From NCBI GenBank assembly GCA_016618085.1, contig JABLTG010000177.1:1-36608 (forward strand): a DNA stretch of 36,608 nt, read 5' to 3'. Of the stretch, positions 1 to 10,502 are shown piece after piece. The stretch's first letter is position 1. Each line of letters starts with the position of its first letter. The notes under the pieces are model-generated. The model was not told the DNA's origin, searched no databases, and saw only the letters and a program-made list of their open reading frames with translations. The position numbers were made by a program, and so were the translations under genes. Source of the stretch: Neovahlkampfia damariscottae. Taxonomy: Eukaryota.

Positions 1-374
1 TTTCTATCATTGAAAAATTTCAACAAAATGAATTTCAAATCATTGATGATCTTATTTCAAGCAAAAATGACAAATTTTTGGAGAAATATGAACATTCAAT
101 TTCATTAAATGATCTTGAATTTGTTAAATACATTTCAAATCAAGCAAAAATAATAAAAGAGAATATTGAAAAAGAAAAAGAAAAATTAGAAAAAGAAACA
201 ATTATGAACTTTTGTATGAGTTCCATTAGATATGGCGTTGAACAAAAAATTATCAATGAAAAGGAAAAGACTTCAATGCAACGAGATGTATTATTGCTTC
301 AACCAGGACCATTAATGGAGCAATTAAAAAACTTAATGTTGTTAACATTAGATGATCATGAAAAAAATCTTTAG
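1..374 (+). CDS. 3' part of a hypothetical protein (5' end outside the window)
   Basis: Frame open from position 3 to TAG at 372-374; no recognisable motif. Confidence 0.5.
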   Translation, partial: SIIEKFQQNEFQIIDDLISSKNDKFLEKYEHSISLNDLEFVKYISNQAKIIKENIEKEKEKLEKETIMNFCMSSIRYGVEQKIINEKEKTSMQRDVLLLQPGPLMEQLKNLMLLTLDDHEKNL

Positions 375-583
375 TTATTCAACTTATTCAAAAAGAACCA
401 AAAAAATAAAATATTATTGATTAAACTTTCAAAATTGATCAGTTAAATCATTTAGAAGTAAATAAAATTTAAATTAATCCAATTACTTGAGAATTGAACC
501 TTCCTAAATCAATTTTATTTTAAATATTCCAAACAATTTCAAATAAACTTTTAGAAAGAAGTTTAAAATTAGAAAATGAAAAT

Positions 584-1180
584 TTATTTGACATCAAAAA
601 AATTTGATGTATTTTGAACGATATTCGATGTATCAATCGAATTTTGTTTTAAATCAGCAACAAATTTTTTAGATTGTTCTGTTTTATAATTGAAGTAAAT
701 CTTTTTAATTTTAGGAGATTTAGCTTTTTGGTCATCCTTGAGAACGTCCAAAAAATCTTTTGAAGGGCGCAATTTATGATTAGAACTGACCACTAAATTT
801 TCTATTTCCTCACAATGGTCAAGGAGTAATTTAAAATCGTTTTTTTTTGATCCATGGTGAGGTGCATCCACATAAAAAAATTTCTTTTCATCTTTGAAAT
901 ATTTATCTAAGCCTTCAACAATATCTCTTGAATGGCAATCTGCAGTGAACAAAAATAATTTTTTTTGGCATTTGATGACAAAAGAAATCCCAAAAATATT
1001 AATATTTGTGAGACTGCCGTATGATTTATAATCTAACTTCTCACCAAAAATTTTTGAGTACTTTTTTTGTGCTTCTTCTGAAAATCTATCCGAGAGTTTC
1101 AAGCCCAATTTTTTAAAGACATTTTCATCATTTGACAAACTGACTAAGTCCATATATATTTTTGAATATCCTGGTCTCAT
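584..1180 (-). pseudogene. C-terminal half of a ComEC/Rec2-like metallo-beta-lactamase-fold hydrolase, 5' truncated
   Basis: LFTAD, DAPHHGS and VSSN match the late MBL motifs (LFTGD, KVPHHGS, ISxx). HxHxDH is absent, and an in-frame TAA directly precedes the ATG. Confidence 0.6.
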
Positions 1181-1858
1181 TTATTGAACCATGGTTCAAT
1201 GAAGTAAAACCTTTAGATGAAGGTGATCTAAAAGAAGGTAAATTATTTTAGAAATTTAATTCTTTGTTGAGAAATTGAACAATTAGCAAAAAGTTTAAAT
1301 TTTCCTTTAAGTGAGATTTTTGTGATTGATGGATCAAGAAGAAGTAATCATAGTAATGCATATTTCTATGGATTATTCAAAAAGAAAAGAATCGTTTTAT
1401 ATGACACATTGTTGAAACAAACAAATAACAATGAAATTATTGCAGTTCTTTCACATGAACTTGGACATTGGAATTACAGTCATATTTACAAACAACTATC
1501 AATCAATCAAGGTTATTTGTTTATTTTATTCTTTTTCTTCAGTAAAATGATTTCAAATTCAAATTTATTCAATTCATTTGGATTTTATCATTCTAAACCA
1601 AAATTGATTGGATTCATTTTATTTTCATTTATTTATGGACCGGTTGATCATTTTTTTGGTTTTATTCAAAATTATTTCAGCAGAAAAAATGAATTTCAAG
1701 CGGATAGTTTTGCAAAAAAATTGGGATATTCAAATGATTTAAAATCAGCTTTGATTAAAATTTCAACTGAAAATTTAGGAAATGTGAATCCTGATTCTTG
1801 GTATTCGACATATCATTATTCACATCCTCCATTAATTGAAAGATTAAACGCAATTTAA
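1180..1858 (+). pseudogene. STE24: C-terminal half of CAAX prenyl protease (peptidase M48), 5' truncated, one intron at about 1238-1271
   Basis: Spliced FIEPWFNEVKPLDEGDLKE-EIEQLAKSLNFPL...DGSRRSNHSNAYFYG...HELGH...EFQAD...YSHPPLIERL. The N-terminal transmembrane half is missing. Confidence 0.85.
1183..1200. repeat. 18-bp perfect palindrome ATTGAACCATGGTTCAAT
   Basis: The sequence equals its own reverse complement. Confidence 0.95.
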
Positions 1859-1867
1859 TAATAAAAT

Positions 1868-2500
1868 TTATTTTTTATTCACATTTTCAGTTTCGAAATA
1901 TATTGAATTCCTTTGCATATTTGGATTTATAATACGAGAATGCCTTTGTTGATATGTACCAACTTCAATGTCATTTTCATTGATAACTTTCTCGAGTGCG
2001 GCAACCCATCCATAATAATCTTCAAAATTGTTCAAATGAAATATGTCTAAGTTGTTAAAATAACTTGTTGAAATACCTTGTTTTTCATGTGAAAACAATG
2101 AATAAGTGTATTTCTTCTCTTTTATCTTTGGAAATTCCAAGACAGAACTTTTAATGAAACAACTGTTAACTGTGTCATCACCATCTTCCCAGTTTTTTTT
2201 TGATTTATACATTGCCAGTTGATCCTCAGTCAAAACACAAAAGTGTTGAATCCAACGATTGAAACTGTCTTTGTGGAATTGATAACCTTTCATGAGGATT
2301 TCTTCAGGTTCGAAATCAATTTCTAAGCCATCTAAATTACTTACAGACTCTGTAGAAATGAAACTAGTTATTTCTTTAAGAGTGTCTTTCAAATGAAAAT
2401 GTTTTTTCTCTTGTTCTGGTTGATGTGTTCGTATGTCATGTGAAGAGTGGAATCCATAAGGACCATGATCTTCACGAAACTTATTTAACTCCTTGGACAT
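1868..2500 (-). CDS. PH-domain protein
   Basis: MKGYQFHK...RWIQHFCVLTEDQLAMYKS, with a C-terminal helix containing the invariant W (GWVAALEK). Confidence 0.75.
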   Translation of the reverse strand: MSKELNKFREDHGPYGFHSSHDIRTHQPEQEKKHFHLKDTLKEITSFISTESVSNLDGLEIDFEPEEILMKGYQFHKDSFNRWIQHFCVLTEDQLAMYKSKKNWEDGDDTVNSCFIKSSVLEFPKIKEKKYTYSLFSHEKQGISTSYFNNLDIFHLNNFEDYYGWVAALEKVINENDIEVGTYQQRHSRIINPNMQRNSIYFETENVNKK

Positions 2501-2659
2501 TTGATTAAAGTTAGTTTTCAGTTTTCAGTTTTGGTCAATCGGAAAATAATAAAGTTAATTGCTCATTTTTTTTCCATTTACAGTGATTTTTTCTCCTAAA
2601 TTAAATTTGTCCAAATCTGGAAAAAATTTTGGAAGGTTGAAGGCTTTTTTGATTGAATT

Positions 2660-3151
2660 TTAACTGAATCGTTTTTCTGCCTGTTCGTAAATTTTTGATG
2701 TCTTAAATCGCATAAATGTCTCTCTCAATGGTTTAGAAACAATATAACGTTCAACATCATCAAATAAATCTTTCTCTGCTTTTTCCTCTTCATCTTGTAG
2801 TTTCTTTTTATCTGTTATCCTCTTTTTTAGTTTAAAAGACAAAGTTATCTCGTATTTTGCTGTTTTTGTGTCAATGTAGTCACAGAAGATTTTTTCCTTC
2901 TGGTTTAACCTGTCTTTCAAGTTCATTGATTTATATTTTTGGACTTCTAAGTGGAACAGTATTAATTCTTCAGCATATTCTTCTTTTAAAAATTCCAAGT
3001 AGTAAGGTAGCAACGTTTCATCAGAAATGAAGTTTTCATACGAGAGTTCTTTGTATACTTTGAGTTCTTGATCTTCTCTATCTGAACTTGATGAGAATAT
3101 TTTACGTAAGAACGTATTTTTTGGCAGCAACTTTGACAACATCAACACCAT
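2660..3151 (-). CDS. Stand-alone RGS-domain protein
   Basis: FLKEEYAEELILFHLEVQKYK...IFCDYI...YEITLS...LFDDVE...ETFMRF follows the RGS pattern. Confidence 0.8.
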   Translation of the reverse strand: MVLMLSKLLPKNTFLRKIFSSSSDREDQELKVYKELSYENFISDETLLPYYLEFLKEEYAEELILFHLEVQKYKSMNLKDRLNQKEKIFCDYIDTKTAKYEITLSFKLKKRITDKKKLQDEEEKAEKDLFDDVERYIVSKPLRETFMRFKTSKIYEQAEKRFS

Positions 3152-3348
3152 GCGAGTACAATGTTATAAGGTTTTGATTGGTTAACGATTTTTTTGATCA
3201 ACTTTTGTAAAGAAAAATTCTGTTGAAAAATTCTTAAAATTATCACAAGGTGAATTAAAAGAAAATGTTCAAGCAATTGGAACGGTCAAATATCTAAAAA
3301 AGGAAGTTTGTTTGGACAAATACATCAATTAAATAAAATAGGAAACAT

Positions 3349-4167
3349 TTATTTCGCCCTGAAGAATTTTCCGACAAATAATCCACTAATCAAACCTAAT
3401 ACGTAAATGAAAATCACAGCTATCATCAAAAATTTGAAAGGATTCATTGCACCAAGTTTTGGTTTTTGTTGGATTGTATTTTCCTTGTTTTCAGAGACAA
3501 CAATAATTCCACCATCATATCCTACCATATTCACCAAAGTATTTTTATAATTTATTGATTTAAAAATATCTTCCGTATTTACCCATGCAACTTCATATTT
3601 AAATCTTGCAACATCCATCAATAGTAACATATCTTTGTCTTCATTGTATCCAGCCAATAAAGAAATATGAGCAGATCCTTCTTGATCTACAATTTTACGA
3701 TCATAATATAATATGACAAAATGATCATTCAAAAGTAAATTCTGTTTCATTGTTGAACGGAATTCACTCAATGATAAATTCATTCCAAGATATGATTTTG
3801 TTTGCACACCTTTATGACAGAGTAATAAAGACTCTAATTCAGTGAATGTCATTCCACGTTTTGAAATCATAGCTGAAGGATGAATTTTGTCAGTTTCTTC
3901 ATTGAAAAAATTTGTTTGATCATAGTAACAATAATTTTGTAATCCTGAATATTTTGGACGTGAATTCTTTGTACTGTCTAAAGAATTGAGTACTGTAACC
4001 ATGGATGCGACTCCACAAAATGCTCCATTTATTTGTGAAATAAAATGCTGAGAAAGTTTGAAATAGGAGTTTACATAATTCTTTTCTGATGTAGCAGTTT
4101 GTACAAATAATTTTTTTCCTTCTTCTGAAGAGAATGAAATAAAACTGTCAGGTTGGTTCAAAGACAT
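3349..4167 (-). CDS. PCS: Phytochelatin synthase (catalytic domain only) with a C-terminal hydrophobic helix
   Basis: QINGAFCGVAS (Cys), GSAHISLLAGY (His), LMDVARFKY (Asp) form the catalytic triad. ATG at 4167 follows a CCAAT at 4191. Confidence 0.9.
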   Translation of the reverse strand: MSLNQPDSFISFSSEEGKKLFVQTATSEKNYVNSYFKLSQHFISQINGAFCGVASMVTVLNSLDSTKNSRPKYSGLQNYCYYDQTNFFNEETDKIHPSAMISKRGMTFTELESLLLCHKGVQTKSYLGMNLSLSEFRSTMKQNLLLNDHFVILYYDRKIVDQEGSAHISLLAGYNEDKDMLLLMDVARFKYEVAWVNTEDIFKSINYKNTLVNMVGYDGGIIVVSENKENTIQQKPKLGAMNPFKFLMIAVIFIYVLGLISGLFVGKFFRAK

Positions 4168-4202
4168 GAAGTTGTTTCGGAGTAAATTGACCAATGAAAT
4201 CT

Positions 4203-5010
4203 TTATTCAAGAGCAGAAGCAATTTTCTCTTCAACTTCTTCCTTTAATTTTTTTATTTTCTTAGAACACTTTAATTCCAACTGTTTTACGTCTTGTTTGA
4301 ATTTTTCGTAAATTTCTTCCAATTTTCTTTTCTTTTGATCAGTTTGAGTTTCTTGTGAATCAATATCACTTTCAAGAGAATCCCTATCTTCATTAATTGA
4401 ATCAGAATCAATTACAGGTGAAATCTTTCTTATTTCATCATATGACAAGAATCTTCCTGATTTTCCCACTTTGAAGTGAGGTGATAATTTCTTTCTTTTT
4501 TTCAATGGTAAATTATGAGGGTAGTCTGACATTTCGACAACAACATATCTATCACTGAACAAGTAAATTTTCAATCTCTTATTGCAATGATCTGTGATCT
4601 GTGATCTGCATAAGAACACTTGATTTACAATTTGTTGTGGTTTTGACCATTTATCAAACACTTTATGCATGAACATATCTGTATTTGTAATCAAAAAATG
4701 GACTTTTTCCAATTTCTTTTTCTGTTGCCAAATTTAAAGCTTTTGCCGGAGCCAAAATATTGATTTTTTTTGATGTGAATTTTGAATGTTTGATGTCTTC
4801 ATTTTCAAGTAAATTTTCAATTAACTTTGAAAATCCCTTCTTAGGTACTTCCAGTAAGTGTTTGAAAACAAATAATCTTTTCCAATTTTCTCCTTTCAGA
4901 TGAATGGAGAGTATTTCAGAATTTTCAAATTCTTACACAACAGGATGTACTAAATCTGATTTTTCTTCTAATCCTTTGATTGAGTAAGATTCTTTTTTAT
5001 TGTTATTCAT
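4203..5010 (-). pseudogene. Interrupted ORF (in-frame TAA at 4933-4935 plus a frameshift near 4700) with a weak WRKY/GCM1/FAR1-like motif and a coiled-coil tail
   Basis: ATG at 5010. The frame reopens after one TAA, then shifts into ORF 4203-4712, which contains CRSQITDHCNKRLKIY...VVVE...HNL. Confidence 0.35.
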
Positions 5011-5349
5011 CGGAATATTATTTTCCTTTTTTTTTTGAAGAGATCAAACCAATCAAAAATTTCTTTGTGATTTCATTTTTCACGGTACATGTTTTTGTTT
5101 TTGTTAAATATTATTTAACATTATTATTCAAGTCTTTTTCAATTTTTTAGTTTTGTCTGGTCAACATGATTTTTTAAAGATTTCTTTAAAAATCTTTTTC
5201 ATTTCCAGAAGAAAACAGATTTATTCTCCAATTGTCAACTTGACAACAAAAGTTTCTTTTTGCACTTTAATTCCGGATGACAAAGCACTGTGGTAAATAA
5301 AAGCTAATTTTCGGAGTAGTGCACCAATCAAACGTGACCTTCAAGTAAA

Positions 5350-6368
5350 ATGCAAACTGAATGGAAAGAGGATGACAATTTTCTTTGTGGTGACAACAAA
5401 TGTTATTACTATAATTTCATGTCAAACAGCGGAAAAAACAAGAACATAGTTATCTTAGACATGGAGAAATCCGATGACAAAAAAAAACAAATAACACATT
5501 TCACATCCATGTCCGAAAATCCATCTTTCTACAGAACTTTCTACAATTACACTATGATAAGAAAAAAATATGACGAAGAAAAAGTTTTGAAAGATATTGA
5601 AGAAGCAAGAAAACGAGGTGTACCAGTTTCAATTGTAACCTAAAAATATTGCTTATTAAAAATAACTTTAAATAGGCAACTTTTGATAATGAACATGTTC
5701 AAAAATTATCAAAATTAGGATTTTATTCATTGAAAGACGTCGCACCACATATGATGATGGATATTCCCAAAAATCAAACAGGAAAGAGTTGTCCAGAAGG
5801 TTTTGAAATTGGTGAAATCCAATCAAACAAAGATGTTCACTTTATTGAATGGTTTGATGTGCTACGTTCTGCAATGTCAATGAATGCAGAAGCAATTCAA
5901 AATGTTATTTCAAATGCTCCATGTGGACCAAAAGAACCATTACGCCATTTCTACATTTTAGACAAAAGTAAAAACAAAGTTGTAAGTATTGGAACAATAT
6001 TTTTTGATGAAAATGTCTGTGGTGTCTATAACATGGCAACGTACACAGAATATCGTGGTAAAGGGTTCGCGAAAAGAATTTTAGAAAAAATGATTTTGGA
6101 TATTGCAAGAGATGAAAAGCACTATAGATATTCTATTCTTCAATCAGCTCCAAAAGCTATTCCACTTTATCAATCATTTGGATTTCACATTACAGAAATG
6201 TTGAGTTTTAATTTTCGTTTAGAACAAGCGGATTTAATTCCAAGATTGATTGGAACACCTGCGATGTTTTTGATAACCAATGTGGAAAAAATTAAAACAA
6301 TAGGAATAGTATTGGCAGTTGTATTATTTTCTTGGGTAATTTTGAAGTTAAAAGGAAGATTTTGGTAA
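5350..6368 (+). CDS. GNAT-family acetyltransferase with a C-terminal TM helix; intron 5635-5675
   Basis: A 41-nt GT-AG intron joins the two ORFs in frame. Motifs VYNMATYTEYRGKGFA and AIPLYQSFGF. Confidence 0.85.
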
Positions 6369-6707
6369 TAAAATTTAAAATTCATTTTTAAGAATTTATA
6401 ACTGATTACTCCTATATTTACTTCAAGAATTTCAATATTACCAAACCATATTCGATAACTTCAGGATGGATCGTTTTACGCACAAAAGGATCATGGTGTA
6501 ATTACTGCATTTTATAATAAAGCAAATTTCGTTGAGCTTTCTGGAGGCTTCAACGTTCCCAATTTCTTTGCAAGTTACCCACTAACTATTTTTGGTATTA
6601 TGGTAACCAATTTTACCTGATTTGTCCATTTTTTGTTCAAATTCATCTTCGAATGTATCGTGATTGGTCAATTGTTCTTTCTGCAAAAAGAACTGCTCAA
6701 GAAAAAC

Positions 6708-7211
6708 ATGAAGCTCAAGTTAAGCAAATTGAGTTTAGGTATCACTCAGTCCAACAATAGATTGCTCAATATTTTATCACCACTCACACCAAAAAAATCA
6801 AAAGAAATAGATTTTTGTTTGGATTTGAATGCTTTTCAGGAGGAAGAGAATCAAATTCGTGAATACTGCAGAGAATGTATAAGATTAATTGAAGAAAATA
6901 ATCTTGAAAAAGCATACTTACTTCTAAATAATAAAGAAATAAGTCAAAACTCAATTGCTTCACTTTTGACTCAACTAAGAATTTTTGTTGACACAGACCA
7001 TTATACAATTGAATTTCAAGATGGAAAAATGACAGCAAAAGCTGAAATTTGGGATTGTTTACACAGAGATGAAGGAGAATCTGGTAAGAAACAACTTTTA
7101 AACATTTATTCAAAAAAGGTATTTTTATTGGAAGAGGAGATATGTATTCAATTGACAAAACAAAATTTAATGTTTTACCTTGTTCTTTCAGAGAATAAGT
7201 TCATAAACTAA
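6708..7211 (+). CDS. Hypothetical protein
   Basis: ATG at 6708 follows GATTGG at 6662; open frame of about 167 codons. Confidence 0.55.
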   Translation: MKLKLSKLSLGITQSNNRLLNILSPLTPKKSKEIDFCLDLNAFQEEENQIREYCRECIRLIEENNLEKAYLLLNNKEISQNSIASLLTQLRIFVDTDHYTIEFQDGKMTAKAEIWDCLHRDEGESGKKQLLNIYSKKVFLLEEEICIQLTKQNLMFYLVLSENKFIN

Positions 7212-7263
7212 CGGGAAACGGGAAAATAAAATTAATTTTGAAAGTTAAATAAGTGTTTTTTCT

Positions 7264-8546
7264 TTACAATAATTTTATTCCTTTGAAACTTTTTGCTTGC
7301 ATTATTGAATTTGTTTCTCTAGGATCAGAAAATGGACAACCACATCCAGTTCCATTATCTAAATTCAAAAGTTTATCTAAATCAGAAGTATCATCTGGAT
7401 CAATAGAATAACATTTATAATCCAATAAATTACTGTCACCTAAATGTCTCAACCACAAAGCTCTGTCAAAATTTTTTAATAATGCATATTCAAATTTAAA
7501 ATGTCTATCAAATTTATTATCAATTTCGAATAAATTTCTGACAAACAAATCAAGATCTTGATGAATTGAAAATTTATAAATTTTTTCTTTCAATAAAAAT
7601 TTCTCAATAAAATCTTCATTAGGTTCAAATATCATCTCACTACTTCCTGTTTTCTTTATACGACTCAAATAATTACCCAATGGTCCATCAAAGTTTAATT
7701 TAATATTCAATTGATAAAGTAAATCCTCAATGAAATCTTGACAATTACTTGTATTCTTTTTACCAAATGTTATACCTTCATATTGATGATAACAATTATA
7801 ATCCACTATACAATTTGCAATAATATCCAAAGTTGTTTTTACATCTGTTACTGTTGTCAATACTTCTAAATCTGCTGTAACAAATGAATATGATGATGTT
7901 GCAGTTCTAGGACAACAAATTGCTGAATCATTCCTTTTCAAAATTAGTGTTATTTTTTTTTGATTTACCATCCAATCATCCAAGGTCCTATGATGAGAGC
8001 AGTGTGAAATAAACCAAGTTCAGGTGTCAGTTTTAATGTTTTTAAAACTGGTCCGAAACATTTTTTTTGTAGTTTTTTTGATTTTGTATTTGCAATTTCA
8101 GTAATAACTAATTTTATTTTGATTTCTTTTTCTAATGTTTTATGTTCCCATTTTGAGATTGATAAATCATCTGAAGAGATATATTCTTGAAAATCTTCTT
8201 CTTCTTTATCATTTGAACTTTTTAAAAATTTCTTTTCCAAATTGGATGGTTCATCACGACTCTCTTCTTTACTTGAAAAATCAAAAAATGATTCTTTAGT
8301 TTTCAATGATTTATTTTGTTTATTTTGTTCTTCTACTAATTTTACAGTTGTGGCAAATTCAGGTGATAAATAAGATTCTTTTAAAGACTCTACTGAAGAA
8401 AGTCTTTTTGCCAATAATTCCAAGTCATTGTATTTTCTCCAATAATCACTTTTTTGTAATTTTTCAAGGACTATTCGATATTTATCTTCATTGGATAACT
8501 CAGGATATGAGTGTTTTTGGAAACTTCCACGATTGTTGTTACCCAT
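7264..8546 (-). CDS. Putative permuted papain-like (PPPDE/LRAT-like) cysteine hydrolase; intron 7934-7968
   Basis: A 35-nt intron gives GLFHTALIIGPWMIGWNDSAICCPR; downstream NCQDFIEDL. His precedes Cys, as in permuted NlpC/P60 folds. Confidence 0.6.
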
Positions 8547-8688
8547 CAAATTTTTTGTTTTTGATGTGAAAAAATGATTTCATTGGAAGAAAAATTTAAA
8601 TGTCAAAACATGAATTTTCAAACAATTTACTCTCTCATTCCAAAAAAAAAACCATTTTCTTCATTTTTATTGGACCAATAAAAACAGA

Positions 8689-10054
8689 ATGAAAAGACTG
8701 AAGAAGCACTTGACAACAGTTTTCTTTGTTTTAATTTTTTTTGCTATTTGTCATATACTATGGTTTTTAGTCGTTGACTTTAAAAACAAACCTGAATTTG
8801 AAGAATATAAAAGTTTTGAAAATTCTCAAAAAATTAATTTTATCATACCCACCTACTACCGGAGAAAAAATGGACATGGATATTTAATCAAGACATTTGA
8901 AAGTATATATAATATATTTTCAAAATATTCACTGAACTTTCATGTTTATGCTTTTGAAAAGAAAGGACAAGCAAAATCACCATTCCAACATTCAAGGTTT
9001 CATTATGAAACATTTGACCATTATAAGATACCAACAAAATTAAAAGTTTATTCAAAAAGAGATCATAAACTATTAAAACAAAATTTAGATTGGATTTCAA
9101 TGATGGTTGCTTATAGAAAAATGTGTGAAAAAAATGATATTTTTATATACTTGGAAGATGATTTTACATTTTGTCCAAATTCTTTACCACATATATTAGC
9201 AGCATATAATTATGTTAAAAGTAATCCAGATATATTTGGAATTAAATTCAGTTTTGGATTGAATGGAAACATTTTAAGATGTTCAAATATTGAAAGGATA
9301 GTATTGAAAGCAGTTGAGAAATGTTTTGTAAAAGATCAACATCCTAAAGTTATTGAGTATATTTCATTCAAAAATTAATGTTTAATTGTTTAGTTGGTCA
9401 TTGGGTGATTATTGGAATCAATTTTTTGGTGAAGGAAATTTACATGTTTATCGCTACAATTTGATGGAGCATATTGGTGTTGAATCAACATTAGACAATG
9501 ATGGTAATGATAAAGATGATCATAGACTAGGATCTGCAAAATGCTTTTATCGAATGGTACATCCGTCTTTATATCATTTGGAAATATTTGATATTTGGAA
9601 TTGTCAAAATTCAATGGTTTCTCCCTGTAAAAATGAAACATTCATCTCAGATTATTTTAATTTCATTCCTTCACCTTCAGAAAATTCATTTGAAAGTCCT
9701 TTATCGAATCAACTTTTTAAATCAATTTCAAATTCTATTGGAATGAAATTATATAAAGTTAAACAACAAATGTCATGTGATATTTATTGTCAAAAAAAAA
9801 ATTTAATGTGTGATAATGATTCTTTTCAATTTATTAATAATTGTGAAATTTTGAAAAATAACTTTGGTTGCACATCATGTCATTCAAGTGAAAATAATGT
9901 ATCTCCTTTAATTTTCAATAACAAATGTTTTGTAAAAAGAAACAAAAATTTTGATTGTTCACACATATCAAAAGTTGGAAATAGAGTTTGTCCTTGTATT
10001 CCAATCCGAGAGAATGTTAAAAATGACCAAAAATCAGATAGAAAGTTTAATTAA
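8689..10054 (+). CDS. Type II membrane glycosyltransferase (GT54/MGAT4-like core plus Cys-rich C-terminal domain); intron 9357-9393
   Basis: N-terminal TM; IPTYYRR...YLIKT, YLEDD and EHIGVEST motifs; tail SCDIYC...C...FINNC...RVCPC. Confidence 0.75.
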
Positions 10055-10341
10055 AGTTTTGTACAGATTTTTTTAAATTCAACAAATTTCCGATTTTTTA
10101 CTTCGTTCAGGTACACTTCAAAGTCTCTTCCTGTATAATCTTCAGTTTTTGACGAAGAAAAATTCTCAATTAATTCTCCTTTGTCCGTCAAAATTTTTCC
10201 GTTTATAAAATGATCCATTTTCTGGTTATGGAACTGCCTAACTATTTCTTTAACTCTAAAACCTGATTTAATTGCTATTTCCTTCAGTTTTTTACTCTGG
10301 ATCGAATTGCAGTTTGAACAACTTCTTAATACCACAATCAT
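10051..10341 (-). CDS. Small hypothetical protein
   Basis: ORF of about 96 codons with a CxxC; CCAAT upstream at about 10369. Confidence 0.35.
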   Translation of the reverse strand: MIVVLRSCSNCNSIQSKKLKEIAIKSGFRVKEIVRQFHNQKMDHFINGKILTDKGELIENFSSSKTEDYTGRDFEVYLNEVKNRKFVEFKKICTKL

Positions 10342-10502
10342 CAACCGATTTTTGAAGTGACTAACCCACCAATAAAAATGAAGTTTGCCCGAAAAGGTAA
10401 AATGAAAATTTTATTTAAAAATTGAAATATAGAAACCAAAATTCATTTTAGTTTCCTTTCTTTTTCCACCAACCAACAACAAGATATTTTCTAGTGGAAC
10501 AA

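Noticed and set aside
5261..5323. SECIS element
   Set aside because: AUGA is present, but there is no opposing GA quartet or properly spaced stem, and it is not 3' of a UGA-containing plus-strand gene.
6400..6630. Coding-like minus-strand stretch
   Set aside because: Multiple stops and no family I can recognise.
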